62,801 nucleotides of DNA, filler included, from Sphacelaria rigidula (GCA_964200075.2; 11 parts of 11 records of this genome joined end to end with filler, not necessarily neighbours in it), one strand, 5' to 3'; shown: positions 11,246 through 25,537, counted from the first letter of the whole stretch. The notes: a model not told the origin generated them from the sequence alone. Translations and numbers: made by a program.

Positions 11246-14200
11246 GTAAACAGCCGATTTTAAAGTTTGGGCTTCAACACTAAAATGGGGTTGAAGTCGC
11301 ATTTCTCTATTGCAGGGAAGATACGAAAGAGTAACACANNNNNNNNNNNNNNNNNNNNNNNNNNNNNNNNNNNNNNNNNNNNTTAATTAATTAANNNNNN
11401 NNNNNNNNNNNNNNNNNNNNNNNNNNNNNNNNNNNNNNCTTGAGTTTAGGTCAGGGAAAGCACGGCTTTTGAGTTGAACCTCATTTTGTTTTTTAACCCC
11501 ATTTTCGAGAATCGGCTGTTATCTGTGCTGTCCACACCTAGCGTGCCGGAGTGCCGAAGATTTGAACGCAAAAAAGTCGGCCTTGACCGTAGTTACTTGG
11601 TGCACAGTGCAAGGATAAGGAAATCGAATGACCACCTGCTCGTGGCGGGGCGTGGGGGCAGGGGGGCGGGGGGGGGGAATATTTATGTTGATCGTTATGG
11701 CGCTTACGTGAAGCCTTGTGCTTGGCGAGGGGGATTGCTCAACGCCATTCTTGGAGTGTCATTTTGTGGCAGGTCCATAGTTGTAGTCGGTGTTGTGCTG
11801 TGATATTACGCACGTATCTCATACTGTGCACGCAGGACACTGTGTGCGCTGCGGGTGTGGCTTCCCTGTCGAATATACACAACAGGGTGTAATATATGGA
11901 TGGTCGAAGATATAGGGCAACCATACGTCGGATAGTTGATACGATCGGCTTGCGGTCGATTTTCTCATCGTCTGTGGAAAAGCAAACGTAAATTAGCGTG
12001 CCCAGCCCATTTCTTATACGAGTATAGGCCTCGCGTATCCTCCGCATCATGGCGACCCCATAGCGTCTGTAATACTTAACGTTTGCTCCACAGCTGTGCA
12101 CTGGCGTTTGTGCGAGCCCCCGTAGTGGCGTGTTGTCTTGATTATCTTGCCACATAGAGGACTAATCCAGGAGACATTGATTATTCGGGTTAATTTTGTT
12201 GGTAGAGAGACAGATCTAGCAACACGTGGGTTGTGTGTAATCCACACCCAAGCATGTGCACACTCCGGATATTCGGTAGAGGATACGCGCGTGCACAGCT
12301 TTTCGGTTACTCCAGGTAGAGATACCTTGCGATCCCCTCAGAATTATCTTCGCGCCCAGGGAACCTGCCCCATTCGCAAGGCGCACAACAAGAGTATATT
12401 GTAACAGCATCGCGGCATACTCAACCGCGGGATGCGTGCAACGTCCATGGACCTGCTTGTTTAGATAAATGAAATACCCGCCCCTCCCAACCCCCCTATC
12501 GTAGGACGAGTCTTCCAACTGTATGATCGAGGGATGATTCAATTTTCACAAAACTAGTAGACGGCTTTTTACCGACGGAAAAGACAGTGGTGATCGTACG
12601 GACGGACGGATGTAGTGCGAGGCATGCCATGGTAATGGTTTGATTCACCCGCATGCCCGCAGGTAACGTCCTCCACACAAGTGGACGGTAGCTCTCGTTC
12701 ATGTTTAACCACACCGTTCTGAAAGCGCAATGAAAATATCGCAATTGTCCCGTTTTCCGGGCTGTCCGCTACTCGTGTACAACGACCTGGAGGTGGTTGC
12801 CACAGAAACGATGGCCGTCTAGGGCTGAAAAACGGCTATAGGGTTTGGTACAGCGTTTGATCGTGCTGTATGCGTCCACGAGGGGGGGAGGCGGGACGTG
12901 GAGTCTGCATTCACGGGGAGAGGAGCGGGGGACCTCGGCCCCGCAACTGTGGCGCTCGGCGTGACTTCTTCTTCGATACTTCTCGACGGGGGCTGCGAAA
13001 CTAACAGTCATATACGCTTGTGTTATTTTCGGCCACGTTGCTGTCGTTGTTGTTGAACAATATGGTGCGTTCGTGCTCTTCGCGTCTTGCACTACTGGTG
13101 GGTTGAGGGAAGGGGTTACAGGTACAAGGGACATGCGCGACTGATTGCACAGCCGTACCCTAGTGAGCGTTCCGTTGTAGCAACTGTAGGGTTGCGTTGC
13201 TTCTATGGGTTGACTACATAGCTGTAATCCGCTGCCAGAGCGCGCATGCTGACTACAGTCAGCGTCATATTATGCGTTGCGATGTGTCGGGGTGGGAAAC
13301 TCCCGGTATACTGCATTCAACCTTTCGGTATATGATGCCCTCGTGGTGGCTGAAGAATGCAATAATGTGTTATGCTGAGGAGACCTTTGAGTACTGAAAG
13401 CGAAGACTATGGCGTCTCGAAGTTCGAGGGCGTGATTTTTCAGTTATGTCATGACTGCGCTACTTCGTTTGTGTATGGTCGTGTGATGTTGTTCAAAGAT
13501 GATGCTTTCTTTATTTCGGACCCAAATTCTGAACCTACTCTTGTCAGGGGCAGTTATGTCATAAGTATCGGGACTTGTCAATGTTCATTGTTCGTGCTCT
13601 TGGTGTGTTCCACCTACGTTGCTTTTTTGGTGTTTGGCGATGCGAAACTCCGAGTTTGCCAATGATCAGAGGTGGTAGTTTGACACTTCACGTTCAATGC
13701 CTGGTGTGACATTCTTCGATCCGCATCTATGTCGAGGTAGCATGTGCACGCGGATTCCCAATTTGACGTTACTCTGTGAAGTTTCGTGCAATGCATGTAC
13801 GTGTATACTGTTGTTTCGCATGATTGGACGCGAAACATGACACAGCATACAAGACATTGCATGTACAAGTTACACCAAAAGCAGCAACGCCCAACAGGAG
13901 AATCCGAAGGAGTATCGATAAACGCAACTCCCGTGTTGAAGCATGAAATCAGTGGTCCCTAAGCCACCTAGAGAACAAAACGGGGCCGATACACGCCTTC
14001 GCCTCGGTGAAGATGAAAGGAAGCAACGCAACGTGGACAACGCTGCGTAGCCCTACGTAGCAGAGAGCGGCATACGACCGACAACGAAAAAATAGCAACA
14101 ATTACAACCTTAATGAGACGACCAGCACAAAAGAGTGGCCGCGATCAACATTGGAGAAAACGAGGGGGAAAAAGAAGCGAATCGCCTACCCAGAGTGACC

Positions 14201-14326
14201 GCTATCACGACACGATCAGAATCACTAACTCCATCCGTAGGGTCGACAAGTTTGGTGGACCCATACTTTTGTTACTTGTCTATAAAGCGGTCCCTAGTGC
14301 CACTGCTGATAATCACACTAACCCAA

Positions 14327-14358
14327 CCCGATCCGATCCGATCCGATCCGACCCGATC
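14327..14358 (+). repeat. (CCGAT)n microsatellite
   Basis: Direct reading. Confidence 0.9.
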
Positions 14359-15354
14359 TAACGCTGATCCTTACTGAGCAGAGTTGAATATGCTATGGAT
14401 TGTTGATTGCACGTATGTACTGCCGATAGAAAAATGACATAGCGTCACGGTATTCGTGTTGTCATAAAAAATGGGAGTACGAAACGTTTCCAAAAGGAAG
14501 TCCGAGAAGAGTAGCTGCGGATTCTGTGGATGGTCCGCGGGTGTTCTCTGGAACGTTTCCAGAAGGAGATTTCAGAACAGTAGCTGCGGGATAATCTGCG
14601 GATAGGTTCCAAGTGCTTCCTTAAAGGATGATGTTTCTCGAAAAAAGGTTCATGAGAAGAAAGACGAGCTATTGGAATATACTTCCGCTCAAGGATTGTA
14701 GCTGTACATCTGCCTGGATGCAATGGAAATGGATATGGAAATTGGATCATGACATAGAAGAGGGGAAATACGAAGAAGAGATAATTCTGTCATGAGGTAT
14801 ACCCGATCTAGTGCTTGCAGTACAAATCTACTGGGGGCACACGCTTTTTCGCGTGCCGAAAAGATGGGATCATGACGTATGATTTTGTATGAGCGTTTTC
14901 CCCAGGAATGACTACCTCACTTGATTCAGTGGTTTTCGTGGTGTGTTAGTTCTGATTCAGCGGTGGTTTCAGTGCGTGTCATGTGTGTGTGAGTGGGAAA
15001 ATATGGGTGAATTAATTACATAAATGATACCTGGTCTCAACCGGCCATGACAAGCCTACAACTTCCCGCGACAACGCACCCGGTGCATGAGGCTTCCTAT
15101 TATGCTAGCATACCCTGGGTCAGGGCTCATGTACGGACTGCTAGGGATTTACACGTCGTAGGCTTAGATAAGGCTACGCTTCGCTCAGGCGACCTCAAGG
15201 TTTTCTTAAAACGTCAAACATGACATAAAGTATCTCTATACGGTATTCAAAAAAAGAGTTAAAACGGGTTTTTAAAGGAGACATCGAAACGCGCATACGC
15301 CGCAGACAACAAGAAGGACAACAACATCAACGGACAGCATCGCAGCACCACAAG

Positions 15355-15523
15355 AGCTAACTGGACAGTACGGTGTACCCAAGATCGGCAGCGGAAACAC
15401 CCCCCGACACGCGCGTCACCAACACTCGCATCCAAACGCCAATGAGCAGCTACATGAAGGACAACAAAATCACAGCTTCTCACCTTTTATCCCACATGGG
15501 CGGAGGAGCCCAAAAGGCATGTA

Positions 15524-15565
<42 letters not shown>

Positions 15566-15665
15566 TGAGCTAAGCGGAGCAGTACGATACCCAAGCTCGG
15601 CAGCGGTAATGTCCCTCGACATGCGCGTCACCAACTCTAGCATCCGAACGCCAATGAACAAGCCA
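15355..15665 (+). repeat. Two diverged ~95-bp direct repeats separated by an (AT)n tract (15527-15562)
   Basis: GAGCTAA..CAGTACG..TACCCAAG.TCGGCAGCGG..GCGCGTCACCAAC..GCATCC.AACGCCAATGA at ~15355 and ~15567. Confidence 0.75.
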
Positions 15666-16984
15666 CGTCCAAGTCGACAACATCATCAGCTTCCCAGCTT
15701 CTACTTCAACACGAGCCGCAGTGCTCAAGAAGGCACGTTTTCCCTTTAAATATTTCCTTCGATTGAACATCGAATCTTGATAAATCCACCAGGATTGAAG
15801 AGTAGGATGACTTCAAAATGTTTTGCTATCGGTAAGTAGTCATTCTATTCTAGTTTGCGTGTTGGTTTGCGTATTTTCTTGCTTTCTAGAGTGTCATATG
15901 TCCTTGTTCTTCTGTTGAACTGGGGGTGTTATACAACGCCACTCTAAATTGATGTTTGGTCACGTGTAACATGTCAAAGATTCATTTTGCCGGCTTGCAG
16001 TCGGATTGTTTATTGTTCGCAATACATTACCCCTCCCTTTTCTCCCCTGTTTTTTCGATCACTGTTATGCCCTGCCTATCTATGCAGTATCTTTCTTTCA
16101 TGTATGCCCCGAAGGTATGGCTGTGATTTCATATTTCGCCGTGTAGGCGTGTCATATTCCGTCATCTACCGTGGTTTGGTAGTTGATACAGTAAGTAGTC
16201 GGTGTGATGTTTCGATTCCATGAATCATCATTTTTGTTTGGATCGAGAACCAGTTTTTCAAAAATTCTTCGACTCGTGTTGGTTTGCTTTTCCATTCAGC
16301 ACCACGTCCTGATCGCTCTGTAATGAGACGGAGCGCAAGTGTGATTTTGGAGTGTTTTATGTGTGCCCTGATTCTCATCTGTTTGAGACTTTGGTTTTTT
16401 TCCTTTCTCCACTGCACAATGATATGATTCCCTTGACTGTAGAAGGGGGTGTTATATCCCGTCATCTACGGCAGTTGAACTTACATTTTTGACTCGAGAT
16501 GACTTCGACGAGAGATGTTGCGTTATACAGATATGTTGCCTTGTGTGCACAACCACTTGTGTTCCAAACTGTATGGATTGAAAGTCAGGACTTCAGCTGA
16601 CCGCGATGTACAGTACAGGAGGACAAAATCACATTGGCTGGTGATATGAGATGCGGTTGCTTTTGTGTTGTCGGACATTGGACGCTGATCAAGCACATTG
16701 AGCACGCCGATTGCAAGTAGGAGCGGAAATGCCAAGTGTTGTTATGAATGATTCCACGTAGCACTCTCTCATGTCAACTGCTTCTGTGTGCTTTCCTCCA
16801 GGCTGATCACTGCTTGTAGACCGCACTGCATTACAATCTACTGTGTACTGGCGTATAATCGAAGTATCATGTACTGCAATGTTGGTACGTTCACATTTCT
16901 CATGCTGGGGGCAAATACGGACCAATGATATGCTATTTGATTTTCGTTTGTGCAAATTTTAATTGAGCATGCTCCCCTATCTCC

Positions 16985-17016
<32 letters not shown>

Positions 17017-17227
17017 CCCCCCCCACTCCCCTTCTCCCGCTTCTCGCTCTTTTTTTTNNNNNNNNNNNNNNNNNNNNNNNNNNNNNNNNNNNNNNNNNNN
17101 NTTAATTAATTAANNNNNNNNNNNNNNNNNNNNNNNNNNNNNNNNNNNNNNNNNNNNCCTTTCCAACTTCGTGTCAACCCCCTTTCTTCCCCCCTGAAAT
17201 TACCCCCCCCCCCCCCCCTGAAATTCT

Positions 17228-17820
17228 GTACAGACCGGAACAGCAGCAGTACGGCATCTCAGGCAATCTCGAGTGTGGATCAAACCGTGTTCGTAGGGTT
17301 CAAACGCACTAGATGGTCAGTACGACGAGAACTACAGCATAGAAATGATTGGTGTGGGCACGAATCGCATTGTTGGTTTTGCAAAGGGCACGACGCATCC
17401 AATACACCATGACGGTGGCGCTTTCGGCAGTGTCTAGACTTGTGTACCGACCGGGACACCACAACAGTACGGCACTTCAGGCAATCCTCAGCGCAGACCA
17501 AACTATCTTTGAGGGCACCACACTACCGTGTCAGCGACAGGACAGGAATGCTGGGTCTACGCACCAAGGACCTCGTTCGTTGCGAAAAAGGCACAACATA
17601 CATCAGACACATACTGTAGAGCATTTTCAACTTCCACAAAACAGCACTGCCTGCCTACTGCAGTTGTTCTGAACACGATGGCAGTGCAGTAGCTAGGGAA
17701 ATTCCAGCGGAGACCTGACGGTTTTTGCAAGGTCTAAACACACGACAGTGCAGTGACAGGTGCAGCACATGAGAGGGCCGTATGTGTGTGTGCTAGAATA
17801 CAATAGAACGTGACGTGTCC
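17228..17820 (+). repeat. Internally repetitive dispersed repeat, also at 33075-33170 and 34060-34150
   Basis: Recurrent CAGTACGGCA..TCAGGCAATC and GCAAGGTCTAAACACAC..CAGCACATGAGAG motifs. Confidence 0.6.
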
Positions 17821-17994
17821 CATTTTTATTTCTTGTGACAAATTATGAAAAAGTCCTCGAGCGTTTGGAATTGTCTCCTGATTGTGAGCGCCTGGCCGGG
17901 ATTTAGGGCCCGTTCAAACGTTCGGGGGTCACTTTTGTCCAAAATCGTCGCGATTCCGTTCGATGACTGGTCCTTGTGACCACTCGTTGAAAAG

Positions 17995-18380
17995 TTTCGA
18001 ACTTACGTATAATTTTCATACCGGAATCAGATAATTCTGTGAGTTCTGTAAGAGTTTCATACCGGTACCCGATTAGCTCTCTGACTTCTGTAAGCTCTCC
18101 ATGCCGTGCTACGACAGTTCGGTGAGTTCTGTACAAAATGTGTACCCTTATCCGTGGCGCGGGTATACCCATGTAGAGACACCCGGCTGCGGTTCGTTTA
18201 TCCGTACAACGTTCCTACCCAACCCGACAAGCTCTGTGAGTTCTGTAAGCCTTCCGTACCCTACCCGACAGGTTCTGTAACATGACTTTCATACCGGTAC
18301 TGTACCCGATAGTTTTGTATATTGTGTAAGGAACTTCATACCCTACCGAGCACATCCGTCCTCTACAGAGCACAACCTTG
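17995..18380. mobile_element. Partial MITE of the CAAGGTTGTGTTCTGTA family with TTTCATACCGGTACCCGA subrepeats
   Basis: Ends in CAGAGCACAACCTTG; same subrepeats as 43215-44829 and 51182-51365. Confidence 0.75.
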
Positions 18381-18444
18381 GACCGTGTTTCTTGTTCCCA
18401 TACGGTGGGAACCGTCCTCACATCGGAATTATTACCAGGTACAT

Positions 18445-19473
18445 CAGGGGCGTCCAGAAAAAAAAATACTAGACCCACACTAGCTCCCCCCCCCCAACAC
18501 AACACATTCTGATTTCATTTTTTTTTCCCTCAAACTTTGTCAAACTAGACACTTATTTCTCAGGCTTGAGGGCGTCATTTGCTCAGCAAGACGTTGTCGA
18601 AACAATGCGCACGAGCTGTATTCGTGTGCTGTTTGTGTGTGTTCATAAATATACTTGGTTGGATGGGCAGTGTTGGCGGTGTTGGAGGTGTGCTGGAGAT
18701 TAATTGATGCAATTTATCTGCAAATTGTTGGCAATAGTGGCAATAGGGTTAAAAAGGTCGGAGGGCACAAGTTGGAGGGCAAACAAAACGAAGTGTTGAA
18801 AAGTACGATGATTTGGATGAGTACGAAGATGAGTTGGACACTTTTGAGTCCGTTGCAGAGCTCGAGGTGCAGGACGAACTCGGCGCAAATTTGCGCGTGC
18901 CAACTTGAAAGAACTTGTTGTGAACAAAGCCAAGGCGCACAAGTGGGTTAAAAGTACAAGGTCTCGCGTTCTTGGCAAAAGCACGACGCCGCGCACGTCT
19001 GATACAATTGCTTCGTCGACGGTTTCAAATTTTTCGGTCTCGCTCAATCTCGCCGCATTTTTCGTTGCAAGTTGGTTCGGGTGTTCGGGTACTGCTGAGC
19101 TCTAGTCACCTGACTCACTTCGGCCTCGGTTACGTTGTCTGTTGTCTGCCAGGTTTCATTAGTAGATTGCAGATCAGGCAATAGACCAGGCAGTTTATGT
19201 TCACCTACACAGCGCAGACTGCTGTTTATTAGCTATAGCGCTGCTTCTGCTTGGCTCTGTGCTCTGCGACTGATTAATTAAGTGACTTTTATGCCCGGTT
19301 AACAGTCACTGACTAGGTTCCAGTCTAAAGCCAAGTAACCTGTCATCGGGTTGTTTTGTATAGGATTTAGTATAAAAACGACAATACCCACCCACCCACC
19401 CCACCCACCCCTCAGTCGCCCCCACATGCAAAAATGTGAGTGAGGGTCCAGGATTTTTTTTCTGGACGCCCCT
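18445..19473. mobile_element. hAT-like non-autonomous transposon, ~1.03 kb
   Basis: ~35-bp TIR CAGGGGCGTCCAGAAAAAAAAAT..GACCC.CAC / ..TTTTCTGGACGCCCCT; flanking AGGTACAT at 18437-18444 and 19474-19481. Confidence 0.85.
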
Positions 19474-22400
19474 AGGTACATGCGTCGATAGTTCAGCAGC
19501 AGAGCGTTAGTAGCCGGCACAGTTCACTGTGAACGTCATAAAAACTTCTTAGCATCTATTCGCATCGAGGCAGTGATGACGGTGCTCATACACAATGAAC
19601 AGTCCGCTCTTGGCCAAGATTAGATACAAGTGCGGCTACATAGAAATAACATCATCATCACCTCTGTTGCATATCTCTTACAACACTGTTTAACCTCAAG
19701 GTTTCCGCTTGCGTACACGGCACTAACCGCCAGAACATTGTCGTGCCTGTAAACAGCATGCAGCGTACAAAACTCCTATCGTAGCCCCAACTTTGATGGG
19801 ACGGACGATCAACCAATCTTGACGACTGACCAATATTTGAAGCCATGAGTGGTGTTGATGGGACAAGGGGAATGGCGTGTTGACACTCGACTAATCCACC
19901 CACTCCGTATCGAGCGCGGTACACACGCCCGACTGGCGAGTCCATCTTCTCAACGAGTAGTCGAATATTCTCCAGTCGGCAGACAGACAGTAGTCTTTTC
20001 TCAGCTTCACTCACACGGTGTGGTGAACAAAAACGCAGAAGAAGGGCGGGCCACTGCTTGAGTAACCCATGAGCAAGCACAGAACAAGACGGGATGGGTT
20101 GGATTTCGTTGATAGACGGGGGACATGATGACTGCATGTCTCAATCCATCTACAGTTACAGTATCCTCATTGTGTCTACCAAGCGCTGCCTGCTGCGCAG
20201 TGAGCGTCTGCCTTACGATCAAACTCCACAGCTTTTCAACCAACAACGTTGATCCCCCGAACTCAAAACCCAACATAAACGCGGGAGAAGGCACGATGGA
20301 CTCGGCTGTACACGGTACATAGTATGTACACAATTATACAAAACCATGACGACGTCTCACCTGAGCACTCAGGCCGCTCTGGTACCAAACATACCGCGTC
20401 TTACCCCCGCCGTCCCTGCTCTCATCCACCCCCAGCTATTAGGAGAGCGCGGAAGACGCCGATGAAATCACGAAGTCGAGGAACATTATGATAAAAAATA
20501 TATCGCAGCCGAAAACGCACGGCAAGTGGTATAGCGGCTTGAAGGTGGGGCCTGTTTTTGCAGTGGTGTTGTTGGTGTTCAGGTCGCGATCCTACGACGG
20601 AAGCGAAGGCGCCGTGCTGGTGGTGCTGACGGAGAGTACGAGGTTAAACAAAGGCGGCGGCTCTTCTGATGATGTTGATGGGCGATGTCTGTACCGGTGA
20701 AGTGACATGTCGAAGGCCGGGAGCGTCTGCTCGCTGTGGGTAGAAATGGGGCAGGGATGGGGGAGGATATTTTCAGCTGCATCTTTTGTGAGGGGCCAAA
20801 GAGTATGACTTCGCTATACAGGAAGAACTCACACCCAGTTGTGCACACGTCGGACAGCTCATGAGCTACCTAAATATTACTTCTTATTAGTGTACTGATC
20901 CGGATCACGAGCTAGCTCATGTGATCGTTTTTCCCATATTTTCTCCCTACAGCGCTGGACACCGAGCACGCGGAGAAGCGTAAAGGTAGCGCTTTGTCTT
21001 CTCGGGCCCTGCTGTCACGTAAATTGTGTTTTTGGATGAGCAATCTGAGAGTCCCCTTCGATTTGTTATTCTCGGTAGCTCATGAGCTGTCCGACGTGTG
21101 CAGTTGTGTGAGGAACCGGGGCGCGGCGTGATTTCCTGTTCATGCTGCACCAAGGTACGGGTCGTTATGCAATAATTAAACTGGCATACAATACTTTCGT
21201 TGTTTTCCATGATTCTCGTAAGGAATTCAGGTGCCACATCAAGTCGCATGGTGAGCAGCAGTGTCGTGTCGGCAGTTTTGTTTGGATACACGCGCTATAC
21301 TCGGCAGCCCTATCTTCCGCAGGGACCTCGATAAAATTGAACTATTGGATAGTTGTTCTCCGCGTCTGGTCTGGGCTTTACTCCTCTCCGCTAGCTTGCT
21401 ACAGCCCATGGTAGTAGCAGCAGAGGGGAGCTCAAACGAAGATGTGCAGTCAGCATGAGCGATTGTATGTCTCGCAAGAAACAAGTTATGAAGCAAGCGT
21501 ACCAAACATTGAAGGAAGCGGCTCTCTTGCACACGGGGTCGTGCATGCGAGAGAGATATGCGTTTACGTTAGCTGCCCCATGTGCCGTATGTAGAGTGTC
21601 TGGTTGTCTCCGCCGTCGTATGTCTCAACCGCTATTGGTCGTGGTACTGACTGTAATTGTACAGTGAGATACGCCAACCCTGGCCAGTGGGCGCGATGTG
21701 GTTGCTAGTTACTGCCTGTACGACACCGACCAACGCCAGCAATTCAGAACAACAGCACGACAGCCAACAAAAGGGAGCCCAGCTGCACTGATATGGGTAA
21801 TGCAGAGTCCTTTGTGGCGGGGTAGTTTCATCCGAGCAGCATGAATCAACACAAAGCGACGACGATCGAATTACCGTACTACTGTTTCTTGTATCCTCCC
21901 CCGTATCCAAAGCCGTGTATAAATATGAAAGCTGAGTGCAAATGGAGACTGCGACACCAACCCCAGCCACCGCAACCGTAGCACGGGCCCGCTCGAAGCG
22001 CACAATGTCTCACTAGAACGTATACTAATAGGCAGAACACCGCTTGTGAGGCCGTTGTTGTCTTGGGTATCATCCCACCGCTGCACTGAGCTGAACTGCG
22101 ACGGCGGGCCCCAGAAGGTCGGCTGGAACGGAATAAAATCAAGTTTGTACCATGAATTGTTCCGCAATATGAGGTGTAATGCGACTGTTGAAAACTTTCA
22201 GGCGGATCAAGGGCCTGTCGAAAAAAATATATCGGGACACGTACGAGTAGTAGGCCCCAAGATCGAAAGTGAAGGATCGGAGAGTAGCGGGATCTGCGGT
22301 TCGTGTATCGGTACAAATCGTTACATAGTGCAACGGATCAAGCTGCCGGATTACAGCGAAGCAAGAATCGCGGATTCAGCGTAGTCAGGAAAAAAAGGAG

Positions 22401-22875
22401 TGTTAACAACAGTACAGTGCGGCATTTATTCAGCAATATCGTCAAGCAACGCAGCAGGCGTCGAGTTTTTGAGGGGGGGTTAGGAGGTGGGGAGGTGGGG
22501 GGGGGGAGGGGGGGCACCCAGCCTGCTGCCCCCTAGTTTATTGCCGAGGCGTTGGTGGATACGGTCAGCTCCCGCGTACAGAGATACTTGGCATGGATAC
22601 CGCTGAGATGACAGACACACCGCCCCTCCAAGCTCATCACCTACCATGATTACATTATTTATGGGATCATGCTCCGTGTGGTGTGCCTCGACTATCTACC
22701 ACTAGTTAATATTATTATATCCATCACATTAGCTCGATCTCTCGAACCCGTGGTCGAAGAGTGCAAGGAGCATACNNNNNNNNNNNNNNNNNNNNNNNNN
22801 NNNNNNNNNNNNNNNNNNNTTAATTAATTAANNNNNNNNNNNNNNNNNNNNNNNNNNNNNNNNNNNNNNNNNNNN

Positions 22876-22921
<46 letters not shown>
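22876..22921 (+). repeat. (TAA)n microsatellite
   Basis: Direct reading; abuts SINE tail. Confidence 0.95.
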
Positions 22922-22922
<1 letters not shown>

Positions 22923-22931
22923 TATTATACA

Positions 22932-23030
22932 GTTGTGTGTGTAGCCATCCCATCTATTCTGGACGCCAGTCTACACCATTCGGTATTTGTGGGAGGTTCA
23001 GCCGGGGTCACGCAGAAGCAGGGCCAACAC
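22932..23030 (-). mobile_element. SINE 3' fragment
   Basis: ATCCCATCTATTCTGGACGCCAGTCTACACC..CAGCCGGGGTCAC is the reverse complement of the SINE tail. Confidence 0.8.
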
Positions 23031-25079
23031 GGCAGCGCTGCAGCCTCGCCGCGAATCAGTCATGCACGCAGTGGCAAAGTGGAAAAAACTGAAATGTGTC
23101 GAAATGATGCTGTGGTTTTGAAAGCATCCGCAGGTAACAAAACCCCCAAGACTCCCCTATGCACGGGCTGACTGACTTTGGGCGCATTACAAATGGTTGT
23201 GCGGGAAAAGCCTTTTGAAGAGAGCAGGAGTTTTTCAAACTATAGACATCAGCGATTGCACAGGCAGGGCACACTTTGATCATGGCACGCCACGCATCGA
23301 TGTCCTCTGCGTCTTTGTCCAGGGAAACAGCGATGTAACATCCTCGTGAAATAAACTACAAAAAGTTTGCACGATTTCTTATTCTTACAAGCTCCACTAG
23401 CCACACCACTAGTTGACCCGATTGGATGTCCTCATGTGGATTCGACATCCTTTTTACTTGAAAAATTTCTGGAGATGATGCCGACTCAACGAATATAACC
23501 CTCGTTATGCTTTCGGGTGAAAAACAATTTTGGATCAAAGAGCCCACGGAGCAAAGACACACAGAAGGCCTTCTGCGCTTCTGTAAATCTCTTCCGCAAT
23601 CCTCTTCACCAACGGGACGAATGCACCGTTTCCTACTGGTAGCTTGATCTTTCCATCAAGAAGAGCCGGGACACGTTTTTCTTTTCTTCGCCCTGTGTGT
23701 TTTGTGAGCGTATCACACCCTAAACTATGATTCCATCGACCTCTCCCTCAATGCGAAGTCAATGATCCTATGGCTACGGCATGCAGTATCATGAGTACAC
23801 CACCCTTCCTCACGAAATTGTGCTTTGAACCATGACACTGCTTCATTTCACTACGCTCGTACTTGACGTACGTACTCTTATCCCGTACTGTTAAGGGGGG
23901 GGGGGACTGGTTTACCGCACATTCACTGCTTGCGGAAAAGAGATGAAAGCGCGCTTTGGTGAAGGTACGGTTGTGGCGAACGTTGGCGAGGAAGTGGGAG
24001 TGCTGCGCTCACTGCTTTATGAAGACATTTATCTCGCAAGACAGGCTCCTAAAGGCATATTTTCCGTGCACTTGAAGATTTCAAGGGTCGGGTGAATTAA
24101 TGATTCGTCTGGAAATTACTTGATTTTTGTGTAATTTTTTTGTACCGTACCAATCAATCCTCAGGCTTTATTTTAAGCGTTGCAACCCAGGTTCGCACAG
24201 TCCATGCACGTGGAATGGCGCAAAAACGGCGTCAAGACCTTTTTGACCAGCGGTCAACGTTTTTTTTCCTTTCGAGCAATTAGGCCTGAAAACTCGTGGA
24301 TTTGGTCATTCGAACCTGCGATTATTCGTCCGAAGCCTGGAAGATTCCAGATCTTGTGAGTATTCAACAGGAGGCTCGTGGGTGGAAAAAGAATGAGGGG
24401 AAATATAATAAATGAAGAAATAGGCTGTTGGATCACTGAGCAACGCGCTTGATTGCATCCCTTCGTACAGCACAGATTTCAGGTGTTTAATCAAGGCGTT
24501 TCTTTGAATTTGAAATTGTCTGGAGCCTTGAAGCTGTTGAGCACGCCAGCAGAGTCCATGTGTGTCGAAAGCTTAATCGTTTGACTGATTGATAGGGGTG
24601 TTTATTTGTGTCTAGGTGCTGAGTGCGGGCCGTTACTAGCTCGTTGTGATCCCGCTTGCATGTACTCTACACGTGTTGAAAACACTTTTTCTGCGGCAGA
24701 AATCTATGCATCCCATGGTCGTGTAGACACCACTTGAGTGTTGAGTAGATCAATCTTGATGCGCCCCCTACCTTGAGTTCGATTATTTTTTTTATTTGTT
24801 TCAATAATTGCTGCATATCAAGTGATCCCCAAGGAGTCATGATCCAGCCTTACCGTGGTCATTATCCACAATATGAAGGCGTGCGCCCAAGGTGAATAGA
24901 AACGGAAACACTCGCCATAGGAAAAGCTCGAGATAGGGTACGACCGCCTACCTTGAGTTCGCCATTTTCACTGGGTACGCCCGCTCTCAGGTACGTTCCC
25001 TCATCTTGCGCACGTCCCCCAGCCTGAGTCCTCCCCTCCCCTAACCTTAAGCTCCCCTCCCCCACCTCGAATCCTCCCT

Positions 25080-25146
25080 CCGTCTCTCAAGGGATGCGTA
25101 GTCAATGGTCAAACGACTAAGGCAAGCAACAGATGAATGCGCCCCC
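25080..25146 (+). repeat. polyC-S repeat copy
   Basis: CCGTCTCTCAAGGGATGCGTAGTCAATGGTCAAACGACTAAGGCAAGCAAC; C-rich flanks. Confidence 0.8.
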
Positions 25147-25537
25147 AAGTACAACAGACAAGCAAACTGAACCCCCGCCCCCTCACCCATCCCACCACCC
25201 TTCCCCCGGTGTGTTTTCACTGTTGGTTCAATACCAATACCGTCGCAGGTAACGTGCTCTCAGCTGGTGGGCTTCTGCTGCCGTCTGCTGAAGAGACTGG
25301 CGAGTCAGGATGGATCCTCGGCGGAGTTGTCGCGCACGTCTGTGGTGGGAGACACGAACAACCAACGTCTGCTGCAGGCTCAGAGGCAGTTCCATGGATA
25401 CCTAATCGACTATGAGCCAATTTTCGCGCAGGTCAGGAGCGTATCATAGTGCGTTGTATCCTTTTTGTGGTGTGCGGCGTCGAGTTTCATGTTTCGTCAG
25501 GTCCAAATCGTCACATTTAAAAACGGAAGGACCCCAC

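Noticed and set aside
14240..14265. CGACA-AGTT-TGGTGGA as LTR end plus tRNA-Ala PBS
   Set aside because: No gag downstream and no matching LTR start could be established.
23180..24560. Possible transposase remnants
   Set aside because: Multiple stops in all frames and no diagnostic motif identifiable by eye.
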